A DNA stretch of 64,000 nt from contig JAWMAR010000259.1 in assembly GCA_036785375.1 (NCBI GenBank), positions 1,860,001 through 1,924,000 on the forward strand, given 5' to 3'. The notes beneath the pieces were generated by a model that saw only the letters and a program-made list of their open reading frames with translations, was not told the origin of the DNA and did no database searches. Both the position numbers and the translations under genes were made by a program. Positions 37,031 through 50,384 of this stretch are shown here, in pieces; positions within the stretch are counted from its first letter, which is position 1; every line of letters starts with the position of its first letter. This DNA is from Leucoraja ocellata (lineage: Eukaryota).

Positions 37031-39454
37031 GACTTTTTAAAGCTGCCAGGAATATATCGTATTCCATTTTTTCATGAAATGTGAATGTCCAACTGCTTTT
37101 AAAATGTTTCCCTTTTGATTTTGCCCAGCGCATCCGTTAGCATGCTCTGCGTGAAGGTTACAGACTAAGTTGGAAACGTCTTACTTCCAAAGTAAAAAGA
37201 GCTTCGTAGACACTCTTTGTGTGAGAGATAATTGCCTGACCAAGTAGATGAGGTGCTGAAAGAAAAAATCGTATTCAAGTATATTAATCACGGATCAGAA
37301 TCTATAAGCCATTTAATCAAATTGGTTTTAATTTAAGGACCTAGTAATGGAGACTCAAGGGAATGAATTGGTCAGCCCCTTTTAGGTGTTCTGCCATTCT
37401 GTTCGATCTTTGCTATAATTCAACATAGGCCTCCCACCCACTGTCCCACTCAAATTGACTCAACACATTAAGTAGTGTACAATTGTTCTTTTTTAAAACA
37501 GGTTAGGTAAAATCAATTTGATTAATTACAGGCAATATTTTAATTAGTAAATGAAACAAAAGTGGGTGTTTTCTAGTTAATTCTGAAGCCAACTGTATTG
37601 TTTAAAATTGATGGCTATCATTAAACGTTTTTACTCCTATTATTGGAAGATGTGTTTCAAAATTTAATTATTTAATACACATTTGAATGAACCTGCCAAC
37701 CATCTCCTGCCGATCTGTGCAAAAGTCCATTGAGCCAAAGCAGTAACTGATATAGTCCCATGTCTTGGTAACACGTGTACGTATCTATTTATTTCTTTGT
37801 TACGCTATATTTTTCATTACAGTAGATAGACTGCTCTGTGAGCTTCATTTGCAAACGGAATTTCATTGCGCACTGGTGTATATGACAAAAAACGAATCGG
37901 ATCCGGTCTGTGATAGTAAATGAAATGCATTTGATATTGCTAACAGCCTAACTAAATAAATGAAAGTGTGCTGCTCCGTTATCCAACAGTCCTGGGTGGA
38001 AGTGTTTAGTTTAGAAATAAACACAGAAACATCCACTTTCGCCCACTGAGCCTCTGCTGACCATCCAGCACCCGTTCAACTAGTTCTATGTTATCCCTGT
38101 TTTGCTTCCTACACACATGGGGCAATTTGCTGCATATAACTATAGTATGGCTACAAAACAGGTGGTAAAATTAAAATGGCCTGAAATTGTTTTTAAGTTC
38201 AGAATGGGTGATAAAATCGCCAACTTTTTTCACACAGTGAATTTTCTCCCTCTCTGGATATGTGCAATTGTCTGTTTTATTCTATCACACAAGACCAATT
38301 TTGGCATGAAGAACATTCATGTGAAACTTATTAGTGGCTTTGTCAATGGCATGAGATAATGTGTGGAAGAAAGCTCAGAAGGTTTCACACATTAGCTACA
38401 AACATAATGTTAGAATTATGTTTCACCATCAGATTTTTTGACTGGTTCATAGGGAAAAGGAACTTTGTGAAGGTTTTTTTAGACTTGTGTACTACTTTAC
38501 CAATATCTTTTCTGATATAAACTTTAGCTCAGATGTCATCATAGTGCATGATCTTCACTGCATTATTTTTGCAGCCCTTTTTATTTTGAATTAAGTTCCA
38601 TGTAAGAAACTGATATTACTTTAGAAAGGAAACTCTTTTACTAATTTGAATTTGGTGTTACTGATTTATTTAATTTCCTAGTGTAAAAAAATGAATTTAT
38701 CATGAAAAACGTATTCTTATAAAATTGGAATGTTTATGGATAGGTGATTGGACCCTTTCAAGAACCTTCCTCTGCATCCATTGGAATTGCTTGTAATTGC
38801 TATATTGTAAAAATCTTTGTTTTGCCATTTGAAGTGTTAAGTTGTTTGGATGATGTATTGAACGTAGGAAAAGTAGGAACTGAAATGTATACTTCAAACG
38901 AGAACACATCTGTATCCTGCATATTCCAAGATTTGACAGATGAATTTGTCATGGAGAATAAAAACTGAGAAAAAGTTCACATAATGATGAATAGACATTT
39001 GGTTCTGCAGGTAACAGTTGAGCTTATCGGACTTGATATTACATAAAAGTGAAGCTAATACACCTGCACAATAAAATATTGCGCAATGTTAACTATTTAG
39101 TCCGAAGAACAAAGGGAACAAAATAAATTTAATGTGCTTGAGATGCCACAGTGAGCTTCACAAATGATTAAATATTTGTATTTCATATCCCTCAGTCCCA
39201 TAATTAACATTATTTGTAAGAAAAATAGGACTTTGCTTATCGTTATTTTTATATACCAATTGCCTTTTGATTTATTGCAGATTATGTATTGAGAATCGTA
39301 CTTTACTGTTTGTTATCAGAAAAATTGCTGTAGTAAGTTATCGTGTATAACAAAGGATTGATTTGATTATATTCTGGAGAAATCTTTAAATTTAGAAATT
39401 CAATAAGATCTTTAATTCATATATGGTTCTAACAATCAGTGTGGTTTCTTTCAG

Positions 39455-39541
39455 ACTTCTATACAGTTTGGCATTCAATGCAAGATTCATGCGACATCTT
39501 TGGAATTTGATCACATCTGTAACAACAAAAATGATAACGGG
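39455..39541 (+). CDS. UBE3C: UBE3C coding exon (~exon 11)
   Basis: ctttcag|...|gtaaag; 87 nt, LLYSLAFNARFMRHLWNLITSVTTKMITG; follows a 22.5-kb intron. Confidence 0.95.
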
Positions 39542-40549
39542 GTAAAGAAAGATGTACATTTGTTCTACTCTGTATATTCTATTGATCCTAAGATGTGGGA
39601 AATACAGAAAAGGGTTTCCCAAAATAATGTGCAATCCTAAATGTCCTTAAAGCTGGTGATGAGCTTTTGACTTGAGCTGCTGCTGCCAGAGTGGCAAAGA
39701 TACTCAAGTTGTTAACGATGGGGAGTTCTAGGAATGAAGAAGGAATAGTATTTTAGTTCCAAGTCAGAGAAATGCCTGACTTGGAGCTGCAACTTGCCAG
39801 GTTTTGATGTTTCCCTATGCATTCTGCCTGTGTGTTTTTGCATGCTGGTGGTCACAGGTTTGAGTTGGTTTTGCTAAAGCTAAAGCCAAGCTGAGTTACT
39901 GTAATACACTTTGATATTAATACACCTTGTTAAATGTTGTTAAATACGTAATGCTGCCCATCATGCTGAAGAGCAGTTTTGGCGCATGAGGTGCTCTTCC
40001 TATATTCATTGATACTTTCAATATTGATGCCTTTTTTAACATATAAATTATTCATGTAATTTGCTGCAATATAAATTTTTATCAATTGGGATAATTGTGC
40101 AATGTCCACTGGCCAGTTTCTGGCCAAATTCGGAATGTCCTCTCAGCAAACCTAACTCTGTGATGAATGTGTATTAAAGGAGGAATTCTTTTACCAATTT
40201 AAAGGTATAATTTAACAGAGTTTACATTTAATTTTCCAAGTGCTAAGTGGACTGTCTTTAAAAAAAAAGTGTGATCCTATAAAAATGACCATCTGATTTT
40301 TTTCCTGATTTTTAAAATCTATTTAATGTCGCACCTCAAAGGCCTTGTCTGTTTTACATTTACTGTTCTGTGGAAACCATACAATATATTAATTCATTCA
40401 ATTTGTGCAATATCAAATCTGGCTGAGATGCATCAGAGAAATTTTAAAAAAGGATTAGCTTTTCCTATGTAATTACAAATATCTCTAGAATACGCATTAC
40501 TGGTTCTAACATTTAGTGAATGACTACTAATAAACAAAATCAAGGTCTT

Positions 40550-42180
40550 GCAGCTGGGAAGCAACCCTTCAGCCCAACTCATTCATACTGACAAAAATGT
40601 TTACCTGAGTTAGTCCAATTTGCCTGCGTTTGGCCCACATCCCCCTCGATCTTTAATATACATGTACCTGAGTAAATGTCCTTTAAACATTGAAATTGTA
40701 CCTCCCTCTACAGCTTCCTTTGGCCGCTGAAAAGGTTGCTGCCCGGGTCCTTTTTAAATCTTTCACCTCTCACCTTAAATCTATCGCCTCAAGTTCTACC
40801 CTGGGGAATGATTGATCATTCACCTTATCTATGCCTCTTATTTTATATACCTCTTCGCCCACCCCACTACCACATACCCTCCAAAGTAAAAAAAAGTCCA
40901 GCCAATCCATTCTCTTATAACTCAAGCCCTCCAGTCCTGGTAACATCCTGTGAATCCTTTCTATGTACTCCCCAGCTTATCTTCTATAACTGTGTGACCT
41001 GAAGTATGCACAATACTCCCACCAGCAACTTCTACAGTTATAAAATGACGTTCCAACTCCTGTACTCAGTACCCTGTCCAATGAATTTCACCACTTCCCT
41101 TGAATTGTGTATCTGTACCCGTAGACCCCTCTGTTCTAAACCACACATCAGGGCCTTGCCATTTACTGTGCCAGTCCTGCCCTGGTTTAATTTACCAAAA
41201 TGCAACACGTCACACTTATCCAATTAGGCGGTTTACTTAAAGGATTTTAACAACTATGTTAGAGTATTTTTTGATTAACCTTCATAACTGCTTGAAACAG
41301 AGGTTTCGGTTACTGGTATCATTACTTAAAATATCGCATGGTAGGTAATGAAACAAATCTACTGGAATCTATGAAGAGTAATTAAGGCAGGGGACTTAAG
41401 CTTGTCTGAGGAACTGCTTTAAAGGAGGGCTGAGAGAGGTACGCATTATACAGTGCGTTCAAATATTATCACCATTTACTTTGCTTTAATTGAAGTAACT
41501 AATGAATAGTGAGAAGGACGGAAGGATCTTGAGGTTTAAGTCCATAACTTCCTGAAAGTGGTAACACAAGTAAATAGAGTGATAAAGAAGTAATATGATC
41601 TGCTTTCTTTCATGGGTCAGGCATTCAGTATAAGAGTCAGGAAGTCATGAGGCAGCCTTATAGGACTTTGGTTAGGCCGTATTTGAAGTATTGTATGCGG
41701 TTCTGATCACCTCAATACAGGAAGGCCATGGAGGTTTTGGGGAGGGTGCAGAGGAGGTTTACGTGAATGATGCTTGGATTAGGGGGTAATAAACTGCAGG
41801 GAGAGGTTGGACAGACTTGGATTGTTTTCTCTGGAATGCCAAAGGTGGTGGGGAGACCAGATAGAAATAACAAATTATGTGAGGCGTAGATAGGGTAGAC
41901 AATCACAACCTTTTCCCAGGAAGGAAAAATCAAATACTAGAAGGCATATGTTTAAAGTGAGAGGGACAAAGATTAAACGAGATGTGCTGGGCAAGTTTTT
42001 ATTTTGCAGAGGGTGCTGATTGCCTGTAACATACGTTCGGGTTGGTCGTCGAGTTACGTATTTAAGAGACGTTTGGATAGGCGTATGAATATGGGGAAAT
42101 ATGGAGGCAGGCAGATAAGAGATGGTCTTGGCATCATGTTCGGCACAGCCATTGTTGGCCGAAGGGCCTGTTCTTGCGCT
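40550..42180. mobile_element. Old CR1 LINE fragments (minus ~40550-41225; plus ~41520-42180)
   Basis: DKCDVLHFGKLNQGR, GTEYRSWNVIL motifs; CR1-type 3' tail ggccgaagggcctgtt. Confidence 0.7.
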
Positions 42181-43384
42181 GCGAGCAGTTTGTTTAACCT
42201 TTTGCATAAGGAATTCCCTGTGATCCCCAAAGATTATTCTGAAAAGCATGATATTAATATTTCACCAGATTTAGAATCAGATGGCATTGTCTCAAGTAAA
42301 GTGTTGCCTATTTAAAATGGGTACAAAGGATTAGCAGTTAATCCTTAAATGGTGAAACCAAAGATTAAAGTAGGCATGCTATTGAGTGGTGGAGCAGGCA
42401 CAGGCAGGATGTATGAACCACTCCTGCTTCAATTTTTTTGTACTATAAACATACTACTGAAGTACAGCAGTTTTGGAAGCTGATGAATAATAATTTTCAG
42501 TCTTTGAGTTTGAATGTGAATTATTTAGAATTGATGAGGCTTAAATAGTATGAAATGAACACATTCTAGGCACCAAAACATTCAGAAGTATTGCTGGCAA
42601 TGAATCATTGCCAAGTATCTGAAGCATTGTAAAAAAATGTTCTGTGTATTAATATGGGACATGCCGAGATGACCACATCCACTTTTACGCTGAGCTCTGC
42701 CTGCACTATCAATTATTCTGAAACACAAGACGTTGTGGGGAAACTAAGCTTTAAAAATTACTATAAAATATAATGTCACTGGTTACTTCTTAATTTAAAA
42801 AAACATAATTTGATCAGTTTATATAAGAGGGCAAAATAGATGCTTGAAACTTTCAGAGCCCTGAAATAGTTTTTGATAAAAACCACTGGGCCCTTCATCA
42901 GAAGACCCATGTACTTTAAATTGCATTACCTTTTTGAGTCTTCCTTATGCCTATTTGATACGGGCACCAAATGCTTCAAGAAATGACATCCCTGCAGTAA
43001 TTCATTTTTTATTCAGATATGTTTCCTCAAAAGACACATGTAACTTGGGCATTGGGAAAATTATGCAGCCTATTTACTTTTCAAGTATAGCATTTGTGAG
43101 ACAGAATAATTATTGAGCAACCTTCAAAAGGAGATGATCCCTTTTTTGATTTCCAGTATTGGCAATGTGTTCTTGCCTTGACCAAGAAACAATACCATTG
43201 TTTTAATAGTAATTATAGAAAGTATTTATGGTACAATCATCATATTATTTTCAGTCACGTTTTCCCTGATTAGATGAAGAAAGATATATTCTCAGCTTTC
43301 AGTTGGCTTAATTTGTGTAGATTTGTTTGTTTTACATTTTATTTGTCAGGAACATGATTAATGTTGTGCTTTTATGCATTTAAG

Positions 43385-43545
43385 GTCGATGGTACCTTTG
43401 ATTCATCTGATCTCACGAGGCTCTCCGATGTCACTTGAAGACTCTCATCGGATCATACCTCTCTTTTATCTCTTTAGTTCTCTCTTCAGCCATTCCCTTA
43501 TTTCAATCCATGACACCGAATTCTTTGGAGAGCAAGCTCAAGGAG
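43385..43545 (+). CDS. UBE3C: UBE3C coding exon (~exon 12)
   Basis: tttaag|...|gtaaca; 161 nt, SMVPLIHLISRGSPMSLEDSHRIIPLFYLFSSLFSHSLISIHDTEFFG. Confidence 0.96.
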
Positions 43546-43950
43546 GTAACATGTACAATTGGAACATTATTGATTAAATTAGTTCTTTAGTGTTAAGATG
43601 CTGAAGAAAATATTTTTTCGTGACATTTGTACTGATATGAATGTCATATACCTATTATTTTTAACCACGACTGTTTTGCATAATTATTGATGTCCTTTCT
43701 GGGGAAGATTTGTTATTTCTTGATTACTTGGGTATACTTTGCAGCAAAACATAATTTCTCAGCGACCTTGTCTGTTTTTACCTTCCTGCAACCCTCACCC
43801 CCCCCCCCCCCCCCCCTCCCCCCCCCCGTGTAAATGAAAATCCAAAAACTGGATGTTGGAAACATTTGGAAGTCATTCCAAAGAGTTGTGGACATAGCCA
43901 AGACCATCACTCAAACTAACCTCTCTTCCATTGACTCCATCTGCACTTCA

Positions 43951-45256
43951 TAGACTACTTTAGCTATCCAGACTACACTTCTCCCCACCCTGTTTCCTGT
44001 AAAGACTATCCCCTACTCCCAATTCCTCCGGCTACGCCTCATCTGCGCCCAGGATGAGGTTTTCCATACCAGGGCATCGGAGACGTCCTAATCCTTAGGA
44101 AACGGGGGTTCCTCTCTTCTATTATAGATGAGGCTATCACTGGGGTCTCCTCAATATCACGCAGCTCCGCTCTTGCTCTCTCTCCCCCCATTCGCAACAC
44201 GGACAGAGTCCCCCTTGTCCTCTCCTTCCACCCCATCAGCCATCGCATACAGCATATAATCCTCCAACATTTTCGCCACCTCCAAGGGGATCCCTGGCCA
44301 CATCTTTCCATCTCCACCCCTTTCTGCTTTCTGCAGAGACCATTCCCTCCGCAACTCCCTGGTCAACTCATCCCTTCCCACCCAAACCACCCCCTCCCCA
44401 GGTACTTTCCCCTGCAACCGCAGGAGATGCAACACCTGTCCCTTTAGATTAGATTAGATTCAACTTTATTGTCATTGCAGGTACAACGAAATGCAGTTTA
44501 GCATCTAATTAGAGTGCAAAGTAGTAAAAATACTGGTTAAAACAATATGTACAATGTGGATGAATTGAACTAGTACATAGGCAAATAAATATATATAGAT
44601 AAAAGGGTATAAAAGATAGCTAGCGGCGGGCCTGTGAGTTCAGCAGGGTTAACCTCCCCCCTCGACCCCATCCAAGGACACCTACAGTCTTTTCAGGTGA
44701 GGCAGAGGCTCACTTGCACCTCCGACAACATCATCTACTGTATCCGCTGTTCCAGGTGTCAACTCCTGTGCGTCAGTGAGACCAAGCGCAGGCTCAGTGA
44801 TCGTTTTGCTGAACACCTCCACTCAGTCCACCTTAACCTACCTGATCTCCCGGTTGCTCAGCGCCTTAACTCCCCCTCCCATTCCCAATCTGACCTTTCT
44901 GTCCTGGGCCTCCACCATTGTCATAGTGAGCCCCAGCGCAAATTGGAGGAACAGCACCTCATATTTCGCTTGGGTAGCTTACACCACAGCAGTATGAACA
45001 TTGACTTCTCCAACTTCAAATAGCCCATGCTGTTCCTCTCGCTCCATCCCATCCCCCTTCCCAGTTCTCCCACTAGTCTTGCTGTCTCTGACTACATTCT
45101 ATCTCTGTGTCGCCCACTCTGACATCAGTCTGAAGAAGGGTCTCGACCCGAAATGTCACCCATACCTTCTCTCCAGAGGTGCTGCCTGTCCCGCTGAGTT
45201 ACTCCATCATTTTGTGTTTACCTTCGATTTAAACCAGCATCTGCAGTTCTTTCCTA
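43951..45256 (+). mobile_element. 5'-truncated Penelope-like element (Neptune-type: RT thumb, CX4CXXC linker, GIY-YIG endonuclease, 3' tail) inserted in a Rex1-like fragment
   Basis: DYTSPHP..CK, IPYSQFLRLRLIC, GTFPCNRRRCNTCP, TCTSDNIIYCIRCSRCQLLCVSETKRRLSDRFAEH; 7-bp TSD CACTTCA (43944-43950 / 45257-45263); nested LINE tail at ~44445-44650. Confidence 0.88.
45128..45160 (+). ncRNA. Minimal hammerhead-ribozyme-like motif in the Penelope 3' tail
   Basis: CTGAAGA-a-GGGTC-tc-GACCC-GAAA-tGTC: catalytic core boxes with a 5-bp helix II; helix III position C>T relative to other copies. Confidence 0.55.
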
Positions 45257-46098
45257 CACTTCACGCTGCCTCGGCATAATCAAGGACTAGTCTCACCCCG
45301 GTGGCCCCCTCTTCTCCCTTCTCCCATCAGACAAGAGGTACAGAAGCTTGAATAAGCATATCTCCAGATTCAGGGACAGCTTCTTCCCATCTGTTATCAG
45401 GCAACTGAGCCGTCCTCTCAACAGCTAGAGAGCGGTCCTGACCTCCCATCTACTTCTTTTGGTATTTTCAAACTATTTTTTAATCGAACAATCTTTAATC
45501 TTGCTCCAAACATTATACCCTTTATCCTGTATATGTACACTGCAGACAAATTGACTGTAATTGTGTATAGTTTTTTTGCTGACTGGATAGCACACATCAA
45601 GAAGCTTTTCACTGTAGTTCAGTACATGTGAGAATAATAATAACCCAAAATTAAATAAATCTCAAATGAAGGCAAAAAATGCTTTGAACACTCAGCAAGT
45701 CAGGTGACGTTCGTGGAAAGAATTTTTTTAAAGTAAGGACCCTTCACCAGAACTGTGAAAGCATTATCGGCAAGCTCCGTTTGTCTTTGTTCAATCATTC
45801 CACATTGACGGTTCTAATGAAATACTGGATAATTTTGAACATTATATTATTTGCCTGCTCATGTTACCTGGACAATGGATACCATTGGCAATTTTGTGTG
45901 CATGTTTGTGAATTTCTTTAATGTAAATTATTTTTTTGGGGATGCATTTGTGTTGGCAAGGTCAGCATTTGTTGCCCATCTATAATTGCCTTTGATAAAG
46001 TAACAGTGGTAAGTCAGTTTTCTGGTGAAGGAACACCAATATTTTCTGGTGATGGAAATCCAACAATGTAATTGGATCGTGACTTGTATTATTTAGAT

Positions 46099-47788
46099 CA
46101 GGGGTCGGCAACCCGGTTCAGCCTCGGGGCCAGGTCCCGGGTCTGCGAGCGGTTGGAGGGCCATATCTATCGCCATAGTTAATAAACTTTCACATATTTA
46201 TTTATTTAAGAAATATTATGTCTACTGAACATAGGAGTTAGTTTGAGACACTGGTATTGAAACGACCCTCAAGAATCTTAAGATCAACTTTGTGTTTATT
46301 GTGCAAAAATAACGATTTAATTTAACACAACCATTTCACACAATTTAACATAAGCATCGACTACAGTGGAATCAACATTGCAAAAACAACGATTTAACAA
46401 CAACCAACACAATTTAGCATTAACATCCACTACAGTGGAATCAACATTCCTCACTGTGACGACGGCCTGATGTTCAGACCCTCTCGTCGGGATGATCGAA
46501 ACTCCGGCGTCGGGACGGATTGCAACACAACAAGAAACTAAGTTCTTTTCTGTCCAAGTGTCTTGGAAGACTCGGCACTCAGCATCCACCTTCCTGCGTT
46601 TTGTAGCCATTGGAAAGTCGTTTTCCGCCACTGCCAATCAAAGTTTTTCCACGCTCACTGTCTGCTGTTTTGCCGCGCTCACTGTTCTAGGTTCACTTTT
46701 TGCCCTGTTCGTGGGATTACATCAGTTCCGATTTCTTTGTATCAGCAAACAGGATTGTTAGGAATGGAAAAAATCCGGTAGGCGGCGCGACATTCGTCAG
46801 CAGCGGCCTCTGCAGCCCGTCTGCGTTTTTATTATTTTTTGTCTATGTTTCTATGTAGTTTTTGTTATTTTTTGTTGGGGTGTGTGTGTGGGGGGGTGGG
46901 GGTGGGGTGGGAGGGAGGGGGTAACTTTTAAATCTCTCCCTGCACGGGAGACCCGACCTTTTCTTTGTCGGGTCTCCGTTGTCTTTGGGGCTGCAACGAG
47001 GAGCGGCCTCCAACAGGAGAAGACCGGGGACTCTGGTGCCGACGACTCACCTCACCGTCGCGGAGCTGGCTGAGTCCAGAGCGGTGGTGGAGCGCTGCTG
47101 CTGCTGCGGCCCGACCTCCGGAGATTCGGAGGCTGCAACTGCGGGTCTGGCGGACGGCGGCACCGGGAGCCCGCGGGTCCGTAGAGGGAGACCGCTTTTC
47201 AGGGCTCTCGCAACAGCGACTTCTCCCACCCGAGTTGCGGGGTCGAAGAGCTCCTGGAGCGGGGCCTCACAGCACCGCCCTGCGCGGCTTGGAATGGCCG
47301 CGGGACTCTGCGAGCGCACGCTGGGGGCTCTAACACCAAGACCCGGTGTGCGACCTCGCATCACCCGGCGTGGCTTTAATGGCCGCGGGACAATCGCCAT
47401 CGCCAGCCGGGGGCTTTGACTTTGACTGACATCGGGGGGGGGGGGGGGGGGGGAGGGAGTGCAGTGGAGAGATAAGTTTTTTTGGCCTTTCATCACAGCG
47501 ATGTGATGGATGTTTATGTAAATTATGTTGTGTCTTGGGTCTATTTGTTTGTAATGTATGGCTGCAGAAACGGCATTTCGTTTGGACCTCAAGGGGTCCA
47601 AATGACAATTAAATTGAATCTTGAATCTTGAAATATACGCCTGCTGGCCGGAATGGTTCCGGGGCGTGCTGAGCAAAAAAAACATGCCTGGAGGCCGGCT
47701 GCTTGCGGGAAAAAAAAACGCATGTTGGTCGGATGATTTTGAGTTACGGGTCGCATTCGGCCTGTGGGCCGTAGGTTGCCGACTCCTG
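46099..47788 (-). mobile_element. hAT (Charlie/SPIN-like) internally deleted transposon with nested insertions
   Basis: TIRs CAGGGGTCGGCAACC / GGTTGCCGACTCCTG; 8-bp TSD atttagat/attcagat; minus-strand transposase N-terminus MATKRRKVDAECRVFQDTWTEK. Confidence 0.85.
46778..47632 (+). mobile_element. GC-rich non-coding retroposon with LINE-like stem-loop and (TTGAATC)n tail, nested in the hAT element
   Basis: 3' hairpin tttggacctc-aa-ggggtccaaa, attaaa signal and ttgaatcttgaatcttgaa tail; CpG-rich body. Confidence 0.55.
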
Positions 47789-47789
47789 A

Positions 47790-48720
47790 TTCAGATGAAG
47801 GGGTGATCATATTTCTAAATTAGCTGGATGTATGATTTGGAAGGGAACCTTAGGAGTTGCAGTTTGTTTGCTACTGATTTCCTCCTCTTTGTTAAAGGTT
47901 TGGAAATGTGCACTGTGAGTAGGTCAGGCAAATATTTACACTATCTTTTTGCACATGACATATGCTGCAACCATAATGGTAGCAAGGGAATGACTGTTAC
48001 GACGGAGCTGGCTGCCTTGTTCTGGATGGATTTAAAAATTTTTTTTTTGGAACTGAACTTTTGAAGGCAAATGGAGAGTTTTCCATCTTGTTCTGGGCAT
48101 GTGCCTTGTAAATGGTTGAAAGGCTTTGGGGGTGCAGGAGGTGTATCTCTTGCCATAGAATATTCCATCTTTGACTTGCTGTTGGAACCACAGTAAATTT
48201 CTGCCAAGTCATTAACCCAAGGACATTGATGCGTAATTTGATGACAGTAAGAATAGATCTTTAGATTTTTTGTTAGAACAGTTGTTGCCAACATTTTTAT
48301 GGTGTGAATGTTACTTGTCAAGTTTCAGCCCATGCCCAAATATTGTCCAGGGTTTAGTCCGTGCAGGACTGCTTTATTTTCTGAGGAGTTGCAAATGGAT
48401 ATGAACGTTGTGTAATCATTTATAAGCATCTGTATTTCTAACCATATGATGGAATCAAGGTCATTGTTGAACAAAGATGCTGGTCTGACAAACTCTTGTA
48501 GCAGACTCCGAGCATTAGCATGTTTTTCCCCTTGATGTCCATTGTCATCGGAGCTCCTTAAAAACATACTTTGTCAAATGCTGCCTTGATACCAGGAACA
48601 GTTATTTTTAGCTGACTTCTGTGGCAATAATTTCTTTGGTCTATGATTGAACTAAGGTTGTGGTCAGTTCTTGAGATGAGTGTTTTTTTCTGAAACTCAA
48701 ACTAGAATTTGAATGTGGAA
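47790..48720 (-). mobile_element. Ancient non-LTR retrotransposon RT fragment (related pieces at ~45930-46090 and ~50850-51850)
   Basis: Minus-strand IKAAFDK and FN..L..II...I.MLIND.T RT-like motifs; heavily decayed. Confidence 0.55.
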
Positions 48721-48769
48721 CATAGAATGATGCGGCACAGGGACAGGACTTTCAGCCCACCATATCTTA

Positions 48770-49260
48770 TTGTTTAGTTTATTATCATGTGTACCGAGAT
48801 TTTTTGTTGCGTGCCATCCAGACAGCGAAAAGACTAAACAGGATTACAATCAAGCTGCCTACAGTGTACAGATACAGGATAAAGGGAATAATGTTTAGTG
48901 CAAGATAAAGTCCAGTCAAATCAGATTAAATGGGTCTCCAATGAGATAGATGGTATCTCTAGTTGGTTTTGGGATAGATCAGTTGCCTAATAACAGCTGG
49001 GAAGAAACTGTCCCTGAATCTGGAGGTATGCTTTTTCACACTTCTGCAACTCTTATCTGTTTGGAGAGGGGGTGTACGGGGAGAGACCCGTCCTTGATTA
49101 ATGCTGGTGGCCTTGCCAAGGCATTGTGAAATGTAGATGGAGTCAATGGAAGGGAGGTTGGTTTGCATGATAGTTTGGGCTGTGTCCACAATTCTCTGCA
49201 CTTTCTTGCCGTCTTGGATGGAGCTCTTCACAACCACGCTGTGATACATCCCGATAAACC
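48770..49260 (-). mobile_element. Rex1/Babar LINE 3' fragment
   Basis: KKVQRIVDTAQTIMQTNLPSIDSIY...SRFRDSFFPAVIRQL. Confidence 0.8.
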
Positions 49261-50274
49261 GTGATGCATCCCGATCCATGCCGAACATGATGCCATGTTA
49301 AACTAATCTCTACCTACACATGATCCATGTACTTCCATTTCCTACATGTTCATAGCCTATCTGAAAAGCCTGAAAAATGATTAGACTCAACAAGATTTTG
49401 TTCCAAATTTAGCAACCCATTAGAAGAGGCTAGTAATCTTTAAATTAAATTATAATTGCCTAATTAGCAGTTTTGTTAATCGCCTTTAATTTATAAAATT
49501 CAGCTGTAATAGTGCATAAAATATCAATGTAGATTCTTTGAGCGTTTTATTTGTAGGTTGCAGACAAATCAGAAAATCAATATACAGGTTATCAGGTATG
49601 ACTTTTAGTGGCTGGAATTAAAACAGCAATTGTTGTAAATTCAAAACAAATGGAGAATGCCGGAAGTTCTCTGCAAGTCAAATATAATCAGTCAGAAAAG
49701 TGCAAATACAAGCAAGCAGAGATGGAGGTCCTTCATTCAATGTCAACTTGGTATTGCTCAACATACACTGCCTTTGGGTTTTATGTCTCATCACTATATT
49801 CAAAAACCTGAGCAAAAGATTAAATGGACATTTACCAAACTCGTATTTATTCTATCTCCTCTTGATATCAATGACTGTAAAACTCTGATAATTGGTTATT
49901 ATTGCTTGGAAATCCTGATGTTTCAGAGTCTGTCTCACCCGGTTCCATTTTGGGCACATTCATTAAACTATCCGTGGCCTCACTCCCGCAGCCCTATCAA
50001 ACACAATGTCCTGTTCTTATGCTCTCTTTTAGACATGTTTTATTTCCCCTGCTCCCTGTTACATGGGAAACTGTGTTTTATTTCTGTCGAACACCAAAAA
50101 TGGCCATTGGATTCTTACTGTACTTAGCCATTGAACTAGTTTTTATTTACTTTATCCAAATGATTCAGGATTTTAATCACCATTAATCTTTCTCTTGCCT
50201 CTGTCTGTTCTAAGGAGTAAAACATTCAAAATTCCTTGATGGTATAAATATGAAATTACATGACGTAGTTATTT

Positions 50275-50305
<31 letters not shown>

Positions 50306-50384
50306 TGTACAGAGGTACTTTTCTTAACTATAATTTGAAACATGGACAATGAATCTCAGTAATGTTGCTATTTTGCCTTGTTAG

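Noticed and set aside
46965-47685. ORFs of 122-212 aa in a GC-rich block
   Set aside because: Lie within a repeat, are open in several frames on both strands, and have no recognisable motif.
49657-50186. 156-aa and overlapping ORFs upstream of exon 13
   Set aside because: No recognisable homology or splice support; partly decayed repeat-like sequence.
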